Shown: positions 9,031 through 17,378, counted from the stretch's first letter. The stretch is DNA of 32,000 nucleotides from Irregularibacter muris (GCF_024622505.1 NZ_JANKAS010000009.1:52162-84161); one strand, 5' to 3'. The notes: a model not told the origin generated them from the letters alone. A program made the numbers and translations.

Positions 9031-9510
9031 AACCTTTCCCCCTATGCTAAGTATTTATACGGCCTAACTCTGTAGTATTAATAATTGGTTTTATACCTTA
9101 AATGTTAAATATAACAAATAGCGATGTATAGATAAATATTTTTGTTTTTCATGAAAAATTTAAAATATCTTAGGCGGGAGATACCTCTATGTTTTGCATG
9201 GCTTGCAAGATAATTAAAAATAAGTGAAAGTAATAGATGCATCTCCCCATCATTTTAATGAGTTACCTTAGAATTTATTATTGAAATAAATAGCAAGCAT
9301 CCCTATTTTTATATTTAGAGTATCTATAGTTTTATTAAGACTCTATCTTATTTACCTAGAGATAATAGTTACAATCTTTACGGTGTGAATAGCAACATTT
9401 CTTGTAATTAAGATCTATGAACATTGGATTAATAATTATGTTCATAATACATTTTTATATTGAGTTTTTGGGCTACCAATGCATATGATAAATATTTATA
9501 ACTATATCTA

Positions 9511-10374
9511 TTATTTATAATAATTTGCCTTACCTAATGAACCAAATAACTCCATTTTACTATGCACAATTTTTTTTGTTGCTTCAATTGCTGGATTAAA
9601 TACTTTAGGTGGCATGAAGGATCCGGTATCATTCAAGATATTCAATACTGTTTTAAAGAACTCTTGTTTGATGTCACTTGAGATATTTACCTTTTGAATA
9701 CCTATTTCACAAGCTTTTCTTATTTCTTCATTAGGATTATCACTTCCACCATGGAGTACTAGAGGTATATTTGTTACTGCGTTGATTTCTTTTAATAAAT
9801 CAAGTTGTAATTTTGGTTTTAAACCCTTTGGATAAATACCATGAGCTGTTCCAATGGCAATTGCCAGTGCATCTACATTTGTATCCTTTACAAATTTTAC
9901 AACATCTTTGGGATCTGTATAGGTAACCTCTTCTACTCCACCCTCATCTGAATTGCCCGTTGTTCCAATCGTTCCAATTTCTCCTTCAACAGAGACATTG
10001 ACCATATGCGCAATATCCGTGATCTCTTTTGTTTTTTTTATGTTATCTTCAAAGCTCATTTCAGACCCATCAAACATAACTGATGTAAATCCAGCCTTAA
10101 TTGCCATAATACAATCTTCAACCGTTTTTCCATGATCAAGATGCAAAGCAAAAGGTGTTTTGCTACTTTCCAATCTCTTTTTAACATACTCAAAAAAATA
10201 CGGTGTAGCATATTTAAATTCACCAGGTGCAAATTGAACAATGGCAGGTGTATTTGTTTTTTCTGCTTCTTCTACAACTGCTCTAAATAACGCCAAATCA
10301 GTTGTATTAAACGCTCCTATTGCAAATGATTTTTGTTTTGCAACACTTAATATTTCTCTTAAATTTAAAAGCAA
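9511..10374 (-). CDS. Class II (metal-dependent) ketose-bisphosphate aldolase, tagatose/fructose-1,6-bisphosphate aldolase family (GatY/KbaY/FbaA-like)
   Basis: 287 aa with 'AIGAFN', 'LHLDHG', 'AIAIGTAHGIYPK' and 'PLVLHGGS'. It has a TTG start, which is the only start codon available after the in-frame upstream stop, with a weak SD (AAAAAGG). Confidence 0.85.
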   Translation of the reverse strand: MLLNLREILSVAKQKSFAIGAFNTTDLALFRAVVEEAEKTNTPAIVQFAPGEFKYATPYFFEYVKKRLESSKTPFALHLDHGKTVEDCIMAIKAGFTSVMFDGSEMSFEDNIKKTKEITDIAHMVNVSVEGEIGTIGTTGNSDEGGVEEVTYTDPKDVVKFVKDTNVDALAIAIGTAHGIYPKGLKPKLQLDLLKEINAVTNIPLVLHGGSDNPNEEIRKACEIGIQKVNISSDIKQEFFKTVLNILNDTGSFMPPKVFNPAIEATKKIVHSKMELFGSLGKANYYK

Positions 10375-10405
10375 AGTATCACAACCTTTTTATGATTTAA
10401 TTGTA

Positions 10406-11500
10406 CTAATTTAGAAATGAATCATCGAATGATAAGTCATCTTCTAACTCACTATCACCGACTTCATGACCCAAGTCATTAAAGGATTCATCTTCCTCTG
10501 TAGCTTCTTTCTTTATTAATGACAATACTGCGCCTGTAACAATACTACCAATCGCTAAAGCTATTAATGCTTTTAACGGCTCATTGAAGAATGGGAATGC
10601 AATAAAACCACCATTTGGAAGAGGAGATGAAATTCCCCAACTCATCGAAAGCCCTCCAGCAACAACTGAGCCTACTACACAGGCAAACACTACTCTAATC
10701 AAATCACGTGCAGCAATAGGGATAACACCTTCGGTAATCATCACACATCCCATAGGGACTGCCGATTTCAATGTTTCAATTTCGGCTTTTGTATATTTCT
10801 TCCTTGCTATCAGTGCAGAAATTGCGATACCAAATGGTGGAATCATCGATCCTAAAAATTGGACAACTTTTGCATCTCCAATACCCTCCGCAAGCATTGC
10901 ATTAGCATATGCAGTTGCAACTTTATTAACTGGACCGCCAAAATCAAATGTTGACATTGCCCCTAAAATAGCACCATATAGAAATTTAGCTCCACCCGAT
11001 AAGGATGTCAGGAAATTTGTTAATGCATCGGTAAGCCAGACAATTGGGACTCCAAGAACGCCAAACATAAGAATAGCAGTAATTGCTGTTGCTAAGAACG
11101 GGATAATAATGACTGGAATAATACCTGTTAAGGATTTGGGAAGCTTAACATATTTCTTAATTAAAATAACAATATAACCTACCAGTAAACCACCAATCAT
11201 CCCCCCGATGAAACCAGCCTTAATTTCAGTTGCAATAAAACCGATAATGAATCCTGGTGCTAATGCCGGTCTGCCTGCTACTGAGTACGCGATATAAGCA
11301 CAAAGAATCGGTACCATTAAGGACATCCCAAGTTGTCCAGTAGTGAATAGCCAATATGCAAAGCCTGTAGTCCCAAGATTGTCCAAACTTGAACCTGCCA
11401 TTGCTCTTCCAATTGCCATTGTTAATCCCGAGGCAACAACAAGTGGAATCATATAACTAATACCCGTTAGAACATGGTTTTTTACCTCTTTAATTTTCAT
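10406..11500 (-). CDS. PTS EIIC component, fructose family
   Basis: 364 aa and polytopic. 'ISYMIPLVVASGL' and 'GFIGGMIGGLLVGY' are typical of the FruA-type IIC domain. Its start overlaps the EIIB stop by 11 nt. It has an acidic C-terminal tail. Confidence 0.9.
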   Translation of the reverse strand: MKIKEVKNHVLTGISYMIPLVVASGLTMAIGRAMAGSSLDNLGTTGFAYWLFTTGQLGMSLMVPILCAYIAYSVAGRPALAPGFIIGFIATEIKAGFIGGMIGGLLVGYIVILIKKYVKLPKSLTGIIPVIIIPFLATAITAILMFGVLGVPIVWLTDALTNFLTSLSGGAKFLYGAILGAMSTFDFGGPVNKVATAYANAMLAEGIGDAKVVQFLGSMIPPFGIAISALIARKKYTKAEIETLKSAVPMGCVMITEGVIPIAARDLIRVVFACVVGSVVAGGLSMSWGISSPLPNGGFIAFPFFNEPLKALIALAIGSIVTGAVLSLIKKEATEEDESFNDLGHEVGDSELEDDLSFDDSFLN

Positions 11501-11822
11501 TGGATTTTTTCTCCTTTTCTAATAATTTTTCAACTTTTTGCATTAATGCAATGGGATTCTTAATTAATGTGGATGTACCAATCTTTATAACTTTTTTTCC
11601 TTTAAAACGTTCAATTCCATCAATAGCAATATCGACAGCTAAAATAACAACATCTGCTTCCTCAATATCCTTTGCTAGTAATTCATATTCAACTCCAATT
11701 GTCCCCTGCGTCTCGCAGTGGATGATATGTCCTCTAGTTTCTGCACTCTTAATCATTTTTTCACGTGCGATATAGGTATGAGCTACTCCAGCAGTACATG
11801 CAGCGACCCCTACTATTTTCAT
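11490..11822 (-). CDS. PTS EIIB component, fructose type
   Basis: 110 aa with the active-site Cys motif 'VGVAACTAGVAHTYIA'. A strong SD, GGAGGGAGGG, is present. Confidence 0.9.
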   Translation of the reverse strand: MKIVGVAACTAGVAHTYIAREKMIKSAETRGHIIHCETQGTIGVEYELLAKDIEEADVVILAVDIAIDGIERFKGKKVIKIGTSTLIKNPIALMQKVEKLLEKEKKSNEN

Positions 11823-11874
11823 TTATTACCCTCCCTCCCCTTATAATATAAATTTTACATTATTTGTTTATTTC

Positions 11875-11913
11875 AAAGGATAGAGGTTCTTTACCCAAAA
11901 CCTTCTATCTTTT
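11875..11913 (-). other. Intercistronic imperfect hairpin between the PMI-like gene and EIIB
   Basis: On the minus-strand RNA: AAAGATAGAAGGTT / 10-nt loop / AACCTCTATCCTTT, about 13 bp with two bulges. No U-tract follows, so it could be a processing/stability element or a weak attenuator. Confidence 0.3.
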
Positions 11914-11971
11914 GATTGTATGATATTATTAAATGCAAGCACACAGGCATTAATAAAAATATCTTCTGATC

Positions 11972-13057
11972 CTATAACTCTGTCGGTAGTCCAATCATAA
12001 CTTTTGCATTAGATGCAATTAATTTTAAATCATTGCATTTATATGGAATCAATGCACCATGCCCCTGTGTTAAATTAATTGTTCCTTCGCTCCATTCAAG
12101 TTTTACATCCCCATTAATTGCGACCATAATTCTATGTCCTTCAAAGTTTGGCAATACAAATTCATCTCTAATATCTATGATTTGCATTCCAAATGCATTT
12201 GTATCTGAATAATCAATCATTTGTGTTAGTCTACTATTATTTTGAATGATAACTTCTTCCTTTTCTTTCATCACTACCTTGTTTTTTATTTCATCAATGG
12301 TATATGTTTCAAAATCAAATAAACCTATACCTTCATTAAATGATAGTCCATTGAACATTTCTTCATCCGTTAAAACTACACCATTTATATTTCTTTCAGC
12401 TCGAATAGTAATGTCACTACTCTCATGTATTTCTAAAAAGAGACATCCTGGACCAACCGCATGGGGCATACCCGCGGGGATTAAAATAACATCTCCCTCT
12501 TTTACAGGTATTTTGTGTAAACATTCCCTCATTTTTTCAACATCCTGTTTTTTACATAAATCCTGCCATAATTTCTTTGTTACATGCTTTTTAAATCCAG
12601 CATAAACACAGTTTTCTTCACCTTCTACCTTTCTAGTTCTTGCAATATACCAGGCTTCTGTTTTCCCGCATATGGAATTAAAATATTTTTTTGCATCTTC
12701 CTCTTTTGGATGACATTGCAACACAAGTCGTACTACCGTATCACCTGCCCTTGCAAGAACTGATAAATTGTTTGGATTTTTTTTATTATATTTTTCGCCG
12801 AGAATCCCATCGGGATCATTCTCAATTATACTTTTTAATGAAACTGAACCTTGGCTCGGGATTGTTTTGCTAATGGCGTACCCCTCTTCGTGCCCTTTCG
12901 ATATTGCACCTATGGATGATATCAGTAATTCTTCACAATTATGATTATCTTCTGCTGGATCCATTTTTCTCCACTCATTTAATAATTTCCCACCTATATA
13001 TGGCCGGGTAATTCTATTATCATCAAAAATAATCGGCTTATTACTCCATTCGCTCAT
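11972..13057 (-). CDS. Class I mannose-6-phosphate-isomerase-family (cupin) sugar-phosphate isomerase
   Basis: 'LVLQCHPKEEDAKKYF..CGKTEAWYI' and 'IPAGMPHAVGPGCLFLEIHESSDITIR' match the type I PMI Zn-ligand motifs (Q.HP / KTE.WYI / P.G..HA / E.Q..SD.T.R). The ORF track starts at GTG 13072. The ATG at 13057 ('MSEWSNKP') follows SD GGAGGTG by 6 nt and is preferred. Confidence 0.75.
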   Translation of the reverse strand: MSEWSNKPIIFDDNRITRPYIGGKLLNEWRKMDPAEDNHNCEELLISSIGAISKGHEEGYAISKTIPSQGSVSLKSIIENDPDGILGEKYNKKNPNNLSVLARAGDTVVRLVLQCHPKEEDAKKYFNSICGKTEAWYIARTRKVEGEENCVYAGFKKHVTKKLWQDLCKKQDVEKMRECLHKIPVKEGDVILIPAGMPHAVGPGCLFLEIHESSDITIRAERNINGVVLTDEEMFNGLSFNEGIGLFDFETYTIDEIKNKVVMKEKEEVIIQNNSRLTQMIDYSDTNAFGMQIIDIRDEFVLPNFEGHRIMVAINGDVKLEWSEGTINLTQGHGALIPYKCNDLKLIASNAKVMIGLPTEL

Positions 13058-13367
13058 ATTTTCCACCTCCACCTTTCAATATTTAAAATAGTCAATTCTT
13101 TTATTATGCCGTATCATTTTTAAAATCCTAAATACATTTGTTACGCATCATAACTCAAAATTAATAATGACAATAATAAATATATTTTTTGAATTTTATA
13201 AATATTTTGCAAACCTTTTATTATGTCCATATTATCATGAATAAGTCTCTATTTTCAATCATATTTTACGCAAACGTTATCACCACGTCATTTGCTGTGT
13301 TTTGGCTTGTTTAATGCTGGATTTTTTCCCATTTCTTGATGAAAACAAAGCGTGATTTTTTTACTTT

Positions 13368-13395
13368 TTGACTTAATTTTGTTTTGTTATATAAT
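13368..13395 (+). promoter_or_regulatory. Candidate sigma-A promoter of the LacI-family regulator gene
   Basis: TTGACT (13368-13373), a 16-nt spacer, then TATAAT (13390-13395), about 35 nt upstream of the ATG at 13431. Confidence 0.4.
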
Positions 13396-13430
13396 TTAAA
13401 TTACTATAGTTTTAAGGGGGTATTTGTCCT

Positions 13431-14468
13431 ATGACGACTTTAAAAGATATCGCTAAAGAAGTTGGCGTTTCTGTTTCAACTGTCTCCAGAGTATTGAATA
13501 TGAAATATAGTAATGCTGCAAGTAAAGAAACACAAGACCGTATTTGGGAAGTTGTTCGCAAAACAAATTATAAGCCAAATATTTATGCACGCTGTTTAAA
13601 AAAAGGTGCAGATTTAGATATGCCATCCAAAGGACCTAAGTCTATTTATTGCATATATGCGCGATCTTCTGCCCCAACAGAAAATCCTTTTTTTTCAGAA
13701 GTAGCCCATTCTATTGAATACGAGTGCTATCAAAATAATTGCTTTGTTAAATACTTGTTTTTGGGCTATGATCTATCTAATCCGCAAATAAGTAAACAAA
13801 TTAGTGATATTAAGGCAGATGGTATTGTAATAATTGGACGATATGATGAAAAACTTTTAGAATCTTTTTTAAAAAACCATAAACATGTAGTCTATACAGG
13901 ATTGAACAAAATAGATACAAAGTATGATCAAATAATTTGTGATGGTTATGAAGCTGCCTGTATGGCTGTTGATTATTTATATGGTTTGGGTCATAGAAAA
14001 ATAGCCTATATTGGTGAAGAAGAAAATGAAACACGTTTTTTGGGATATAAGGATTCCCTACATCGATTAGGATTATCATATAATAAGGAAATCGTAACAA
14101 ATATTAGACAATCATTTGATGGTGGATATATGGGGGCAAAAAAATTAATTAACAGAAGTAACAATTTTTCTGCTGTATTTTGCGCAAATGATATTACCGC
14201 TACAGGTGCATTGCGTGCATTTAAAGAATGTGCCTTAAAAATTCCAGAAGACATTTCCATTATAAGTGTGGATGATATTGAAATGTCCCAATATACATCG
14301 CCCATGTTAACTACAGTACATATACCTACTGATGAACTTGGAAAAGTCGCTACTAGAATTCTTTTTGAGCGTATTGCAAATGGTCCCCACTTACCCTTGA
14401 AAATAATGCTTCCATTTCACCTTATAAAGCGTGAAAGCTGCGGGAAACCATCTGATAAATTTAAATAG
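13431..14468 (+). CDS. LacI-family transcriptional regulator
   Basis: 345 aa. It has an N-terminal HTH, 'TLKDIAKEVGVSVSTVSRVLN', followed by a periplasmic-binding-protein-like sugar-binding fold ('AVFCANDITATGALRA'). It is divergent from the PMI/PTS genes. Confidence 0.9.
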   Translation: MTTLKDIAKEVGVSVSTVSRVLNMKYSNAASKETQDRIWEVVRKTNYKPNIYARCLKKGADLDMPSKGPKSIYCIYARSSAPTENPFFSEVAHSIEYECYQNNCFVKYLFLGYDLSNPQISKQISDIKADGIVIIGRYDEKLLESFLKNHKHVVYTGLNKIDTKYDQIICDGYEAACMAVDYLYGLGHRKIAYIGEEENETRFLGYKDSLHRLGLSYNKEIVTNIRQSFDGGYMGAKKLINRSNNFSAVFCANDITATGALRAFKECALKIPEDISIISVDDIEMSQYTSPMLTTVHIPTDELGKVATRILFERIANGPHLPLKIMLPFHLIKRESCGKPSDKFK

Positions 14469-14528
14469 TGCATATTTGTAAAAATAATATATTTCCTTAT
14501 CCAATCATAAACACCAAATTAGTTCTTT

Positions 14529-14594
14529 AAAAAGTTATTAGTATTCAAGAGGGTAAATGGGTAGTAGATGACGTTAGTATAATGTTGTAGATAC
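14529..14594 (+). repeat. Copy 2 of the bipartite AT-rich repeat (blocks 'aaaagttattagtatt' and 'gttagtataatgttgtagatac')
   Basis: See 7405-7450. Here the two blocks are separated by about 27 nt rather than 9 nt. It lies about 150 nt upstream of the IS256-family transposase remnant. 'GATGACGTTAGTATAATGTTGTAGATA' resembles the IS256 left inverted repeat as I remember it. Confidence 0.5.
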
Positions 14595-14739
14595 GAGAAT
14601 TCAAACGCTGTAAATAAGTGACTGTAAATAGTCCCGTGCTTTATTGACAACAATATTTCGTTTCTGGCAAAAATTCACAAATAGGATAAAACTAGGGTGG
14701 AGGTCTTTTATAAGTATCGTGTAAAAAACCTTAAGGGAA

Positions 14740-15228
14740 ATGATAATAGGTGGAAATTTAAAAACAATAGGAAATGTTAGGAGCAGAATTAGAAACCGAA
14801 TTAGGTTATGAAAAAGGACACAAAAAAATAAACTTACAGATAATCGTAGAGGAAGTATATACTGCAATAGGCGAAGAATTAGCCTATGAAAAACTAACCC
14901 AGCTAGAGGAAAAGTGGGGCAAGAAATACCCCTATGCCATAAAGAGCTGGCATACTAATTGGGATGTACTATTACCCTTGTTTAAGTTGCCTTCGAAGTG
15001 TAGAAGGATTATGTACGCCACAAACATCATAGAAAGATTGCGTCATCAGTTTAGCAAAGTGATAAAAACAGAGTCCATTTTTCCATCTGATTAGGCTTTA
15101 GAGAAAATGCTTACCTAGCTAGCCAGAACATTATGAAAAAATGGACTCAAAAATATAGAAACCAGGATATAGTTCTTAATCATCTTATGATACCCCTTGA
15201 AGATAGAATATCTAAATATCAAAAGTAA
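14740..15228 (+). pseudogene. IS256-family (mutator-type) transposase remnant with an internal deletion and frameshifts
   Basis: ORF 14774-15094 joins an N-terminal-type piece ('AELETELGYEKGHKK') directly to a C-terminal-type piece ('KYPYAIKSWHTNWDVLLPLFKLPSKCRRIMYATNIIERLRHQFSKVIKTESIFPSD'). After a stop and a frame change the C-terminus continues as 'SQNIMKKWTQKYRNQDIVLNHLMIPLEDRISKYQK*' (stop at 15226-15228). The catalytic DDE core is missing. Confidence 0.75.
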
Positions 15229-15478
15229 CATTAGGACATTCCAAAATCCTGCTTTCTAGTAAAGAAAGCAAGAGGTAAAATTTACTAGAGAATGATGATA
15301 GCTAATATTTGAGTACATTTACTTAATTATAAAAATAATAACTTTTTAGCAAAAATTTACTTGTTTATATCAATTATTTCTTATCAGTTAGGAAATATAT
15401 ACCTTCCTTAGACACAGATTTATTTACACCTCCCCCATAAAAATAACCTCTTTTTTTATACAATGTAGTGTAAATATA

Positions 15479-16000
15479 TTATCGTATCAAAAGCACCCCC
15501 ATTACCCCCGAAGAAAGTATTGCAATAATGGGATGTAGTTTATATTTATAAACTGCTATAAAAATTACCAAAGCAATCAATATGCTTTGTGTACCTGTGA
15601 ATGCACTTTTGCCTACTGTGACAGCTGCGGATAAAATTAAACCTAAAATAGTTGGTCTAATTCCCAAAAAAACTGCTTTAACTGTATTTGATTGTTTAAA
15701 TTTATCATAAATACGTGAAATGATAACAATTAGTATAAAGGATACAGAAATAATAGCTAGAGTTGCTACAATTGATCCTATTAACCCACCATATTTATAT
15801 CCAACAAAGGTTGCGGAATTTACGGCAATTGGACCAGGGGTAACTTCGGCAATTGCAATAATATCTAAAAATTCTTTTATATCAAGCCACCCATTTTTCA
15901 CAATGATTTCCCGCTGAATAAAAGGTATCATTGCGTATCCTCCACCAAAGCTGAAGGCACCTATTTTCAAGAAAACTAGGAAAATATTAATTAGTTTCAT
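15479..16000 (-). CDS. chrA: Chromate-transporter (ChrA/CHR) family protein, short form, second half-protein
   Basis: 'FLKIGAFSFGGGYAMIPFIQREIV' is the CHR family signature. The ORF track start (16048) is unsupported. The ATG at 16000 ('MKLINIFLV') follows SD GAGAGGGAG and overlaps the upstream paralogue by 14 nt. Confidence 0.85.
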   Translation of the reverse strand: MKLINIFLVFLKIGAFSFGGGYAMIPFIQREIIVKNGWLDIKEFLDIIAIAEVTPGPIAVNSATFVGYKYGGLIGSIVATLAIISVSFILIVIISRIYDKFKQSNTVKAVFLGIRPTILGLILSAAVTVGKSAFTGTQSILIALVIFIAVYKYKLHPIIAILSSGVMGVLLIR

Positions 16001-16556
16001 ATAGTTGTTCTCCCTCTCTTTCTTTAAAGAATATATATCCCACCACACCAGACACTATGATTACGATAATGGGATTAATATTTAAAAATTCAATGGATAC
16101 GAAGGATCCAACTATTAATATGAGGTTTATCCAATTCTTTGCAACTGACTGTTTTAGTTGGAGTATCGCCAATAGAATCAAGGATACCACCGCTGGTCTT
16201 ATACCAGTGAAAAAAGTTTGGACTACTACAGAATTATTAAACTTCTCAAATATTTCCGCGATGACTACAATGGTAATGAATGAAGGTAAGACTACGCCTA
16301 CACATGATATTATCGCTCCCAACCAGCTTTTAAGTTGGTTTCCGATAAATACAGATAGGTTAACTGCTAAAGCACCGGGTATGGATTGTGATACTGCAAT
16401 GATATCTATTAGTTCTTTGTCTTCTATCCACTTTTTCTCATGGACTAACTCTTTTTCAATAATGGGTATCATGGCATATCCACCACCAAATGTGAATGCT
16501 CCAATTTTAATAAAGGTCCAGAAAATATTAAATAATGAAATGTCCTTTCTTTGCAT
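15987..16556 (-). CDS. chrA: Chromate-transporter (ChrA/CHR) family protein, short form, first half-protein
   Basis: 189 aa with 'FIKIGAFTFGGGYAMIPIIEKELV'. SD GAGAGGTGA is present. The paired short-CHR arrangement is like B. subtilis ywrA/ywrB. Confidence 0.85.
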   Translation of the reverse strand: MQRKDISLFNIFWTFIKIGAFTFGGGYAMIPIIEKELVHEKKWIEDKELIDIIAVSQSIPGALAVNLSVFIGNQLKSWLGAIISCVGVVLPSFITIVVIAEIFEKFNNSVVVQTFFTGIRPAVVSLILLAILQLKQSVAKNWINLILIVGSFVSIEFLNINPIIVIIVSGVVGYIFFKEREGEQLYETN

Positions 16557-16649
16557 ATTTTGATCACCTCTCTTCCATGTATAATCAACAATATTTTATG
16601 GCCTGTGGACCAAAAAACGGATCTCATAAACAATTACTAAATTGGTGGA

Positions 16650-17378
16650 TTACTTTGTTGTCACATAAAACTTTGCTTTATCCCCTGCTATAATTATTCT
16701 GGAAAATATTCCTGAGCCTTTTTTACATTTAATAATTCTTTCCATTAATAAAGCCGGGGCCCCTTGAGGTCTTCCTAAATATTGACTAAAAAATTCATTT
16801 AGAATTATTGGTTCAATATATGCAGTAATTTCTTTAATATCTAAACCAAATTCCTTTTCTAAAACTTCATAAAGAACCAGTGTATCTAAATCTCTTTGCA
16901 GAATTGAACCATATCTTTCATAATCTAAATACGTTGTTTCAATTGCAAAGGGATCACCCTCAACTTTTCTAAGTCTTCTAATTTTTATTATTTTTTGTAT
17001 TTTTTCAAGATTCATAGTGCTTTGTATATATGCTGTAGGATATATAATATCTGTTTCAATGATTTCAGAAGTTGCTTCTAGGCCTTGACTCTTCATCTCT
17101 TTAAAAAAACTCAACTCTCCTAGTAAGTCTTTATCAAATTTTTTACGCTTTACAAAAGTACCTTTACCTTGCTTTTTATAGATCAAATCCTCCTTTTCCA
17201 ATTCCTGCATCGCTCTTCTCACTGTTGACCTGCTTACTTCAAAATCTTTACATATTGTATTTTCCGAAGGAATTTCTGTATCAGGTTCCCATATTCCATC
17301 CTCGATATTTTCTCTCAGTATTTCTGCTAATTGGTAATACAATGGCACTATACTTTTTTCATTTAATTTTTGGTTCAT
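16650..17378 (-). CDS. GntR-family transcriptional regulator, HutC subfamily (wHTH + UTRA effector domain)
   Basis: 'PLYYQLAEILRENIEDGIWEPDTEIPSENTICKDFEVSRSTVRRAMQELEKEDLIYKKQGKGTFV' is a classic GntR wHTH, and the C-terminal half is UTRA-like. The ORF track starts at GTG 17387. The ATG at 17378 follows SD TGAGGTGA. Confidence 0.9.
   Translation of the reverse strand: MNQKLNEKSIVPLYYQLAEILRENIEDGIWEPDTEIPSENTICKDFEVSRSTVRRAMQELEKEDLIYKKQGKGTFVKRKKFDKDLLGELSFFKEMKSQGLEATSEIIETDIIYPTAYIQSTMNLEKIQKIIKIRRLRKVEGDPFAIETTYLDYERYGSILQRDLDTLVLYEVLEKEFGLDIKEITAYIEPIILNEFFSQYLGRPQGAPALLMERIIKCKKGSGIFSRIIIAGDKAKFYVTTK

Noticed and set aside
9176-9256. Inverted repeat GGGAGAT...ATCTCCC with an internal palindrome CTTGCAAG in the aldolase-EIIA spacer, considered as a structured RNA or operator. 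Two tiny ORFs of 20 and 27 codons are also here.
   Set aside because: The arms are 7 bp and separated by about 60 nt. The small ORFs have no SD, and I have no comparative support. This could easily be chance in a 480-nt AT-rich spacer.
10584-11177. A 197-aa plus-strand ORF antisense to EIIC. Similar long antisense ORFs occur at 16057-16563, 29028-29543, 6300-6776, 24446-24883, 4194-4598, 12246-12605, 26073-26414 and elsewhere.
   Set aside because: All lie wholly inside well-supported minus-strand genes. They have low-complexity or odd composition, no SD and no recognisable motifs, so they are shadow ORFs typical of AT-rich coding DNA.
14601-14867. An 88-aa minus-strand ORF overlapping the IS256 remnant.
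   Set aside because: It is antisense to the recognisable transposase fragments, hydrophobic and low-complexity, and has no SD.
15229-15478. A search for the right inverted repeat of the IS256-like element, expected to be the reverse complement of 14567-14594. The small hairpin TGCTTTCT-agtaa-AGAAAGCA at about 15250-15270 was also considered.
   Set aside because: No convincing match to the putative left end was found, so the right end is probably deleted. The IR interpretation of the 14.57-kb motif therefore stays tentative. The hairpin lacks a U-tract.
16001-16048. The ORF-track N-terminal extension of the second chrA ('MWWDIYSLKKERENNY'), and comparable GTG-initiated extensions at 13072, 5802, 17387 and 24309.
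   Set aside because: In each case an ATG a few codons downstream is preceded by a strong, correctly spaced SD and gives the N-terminus expected for the family. The extensions have no SD.
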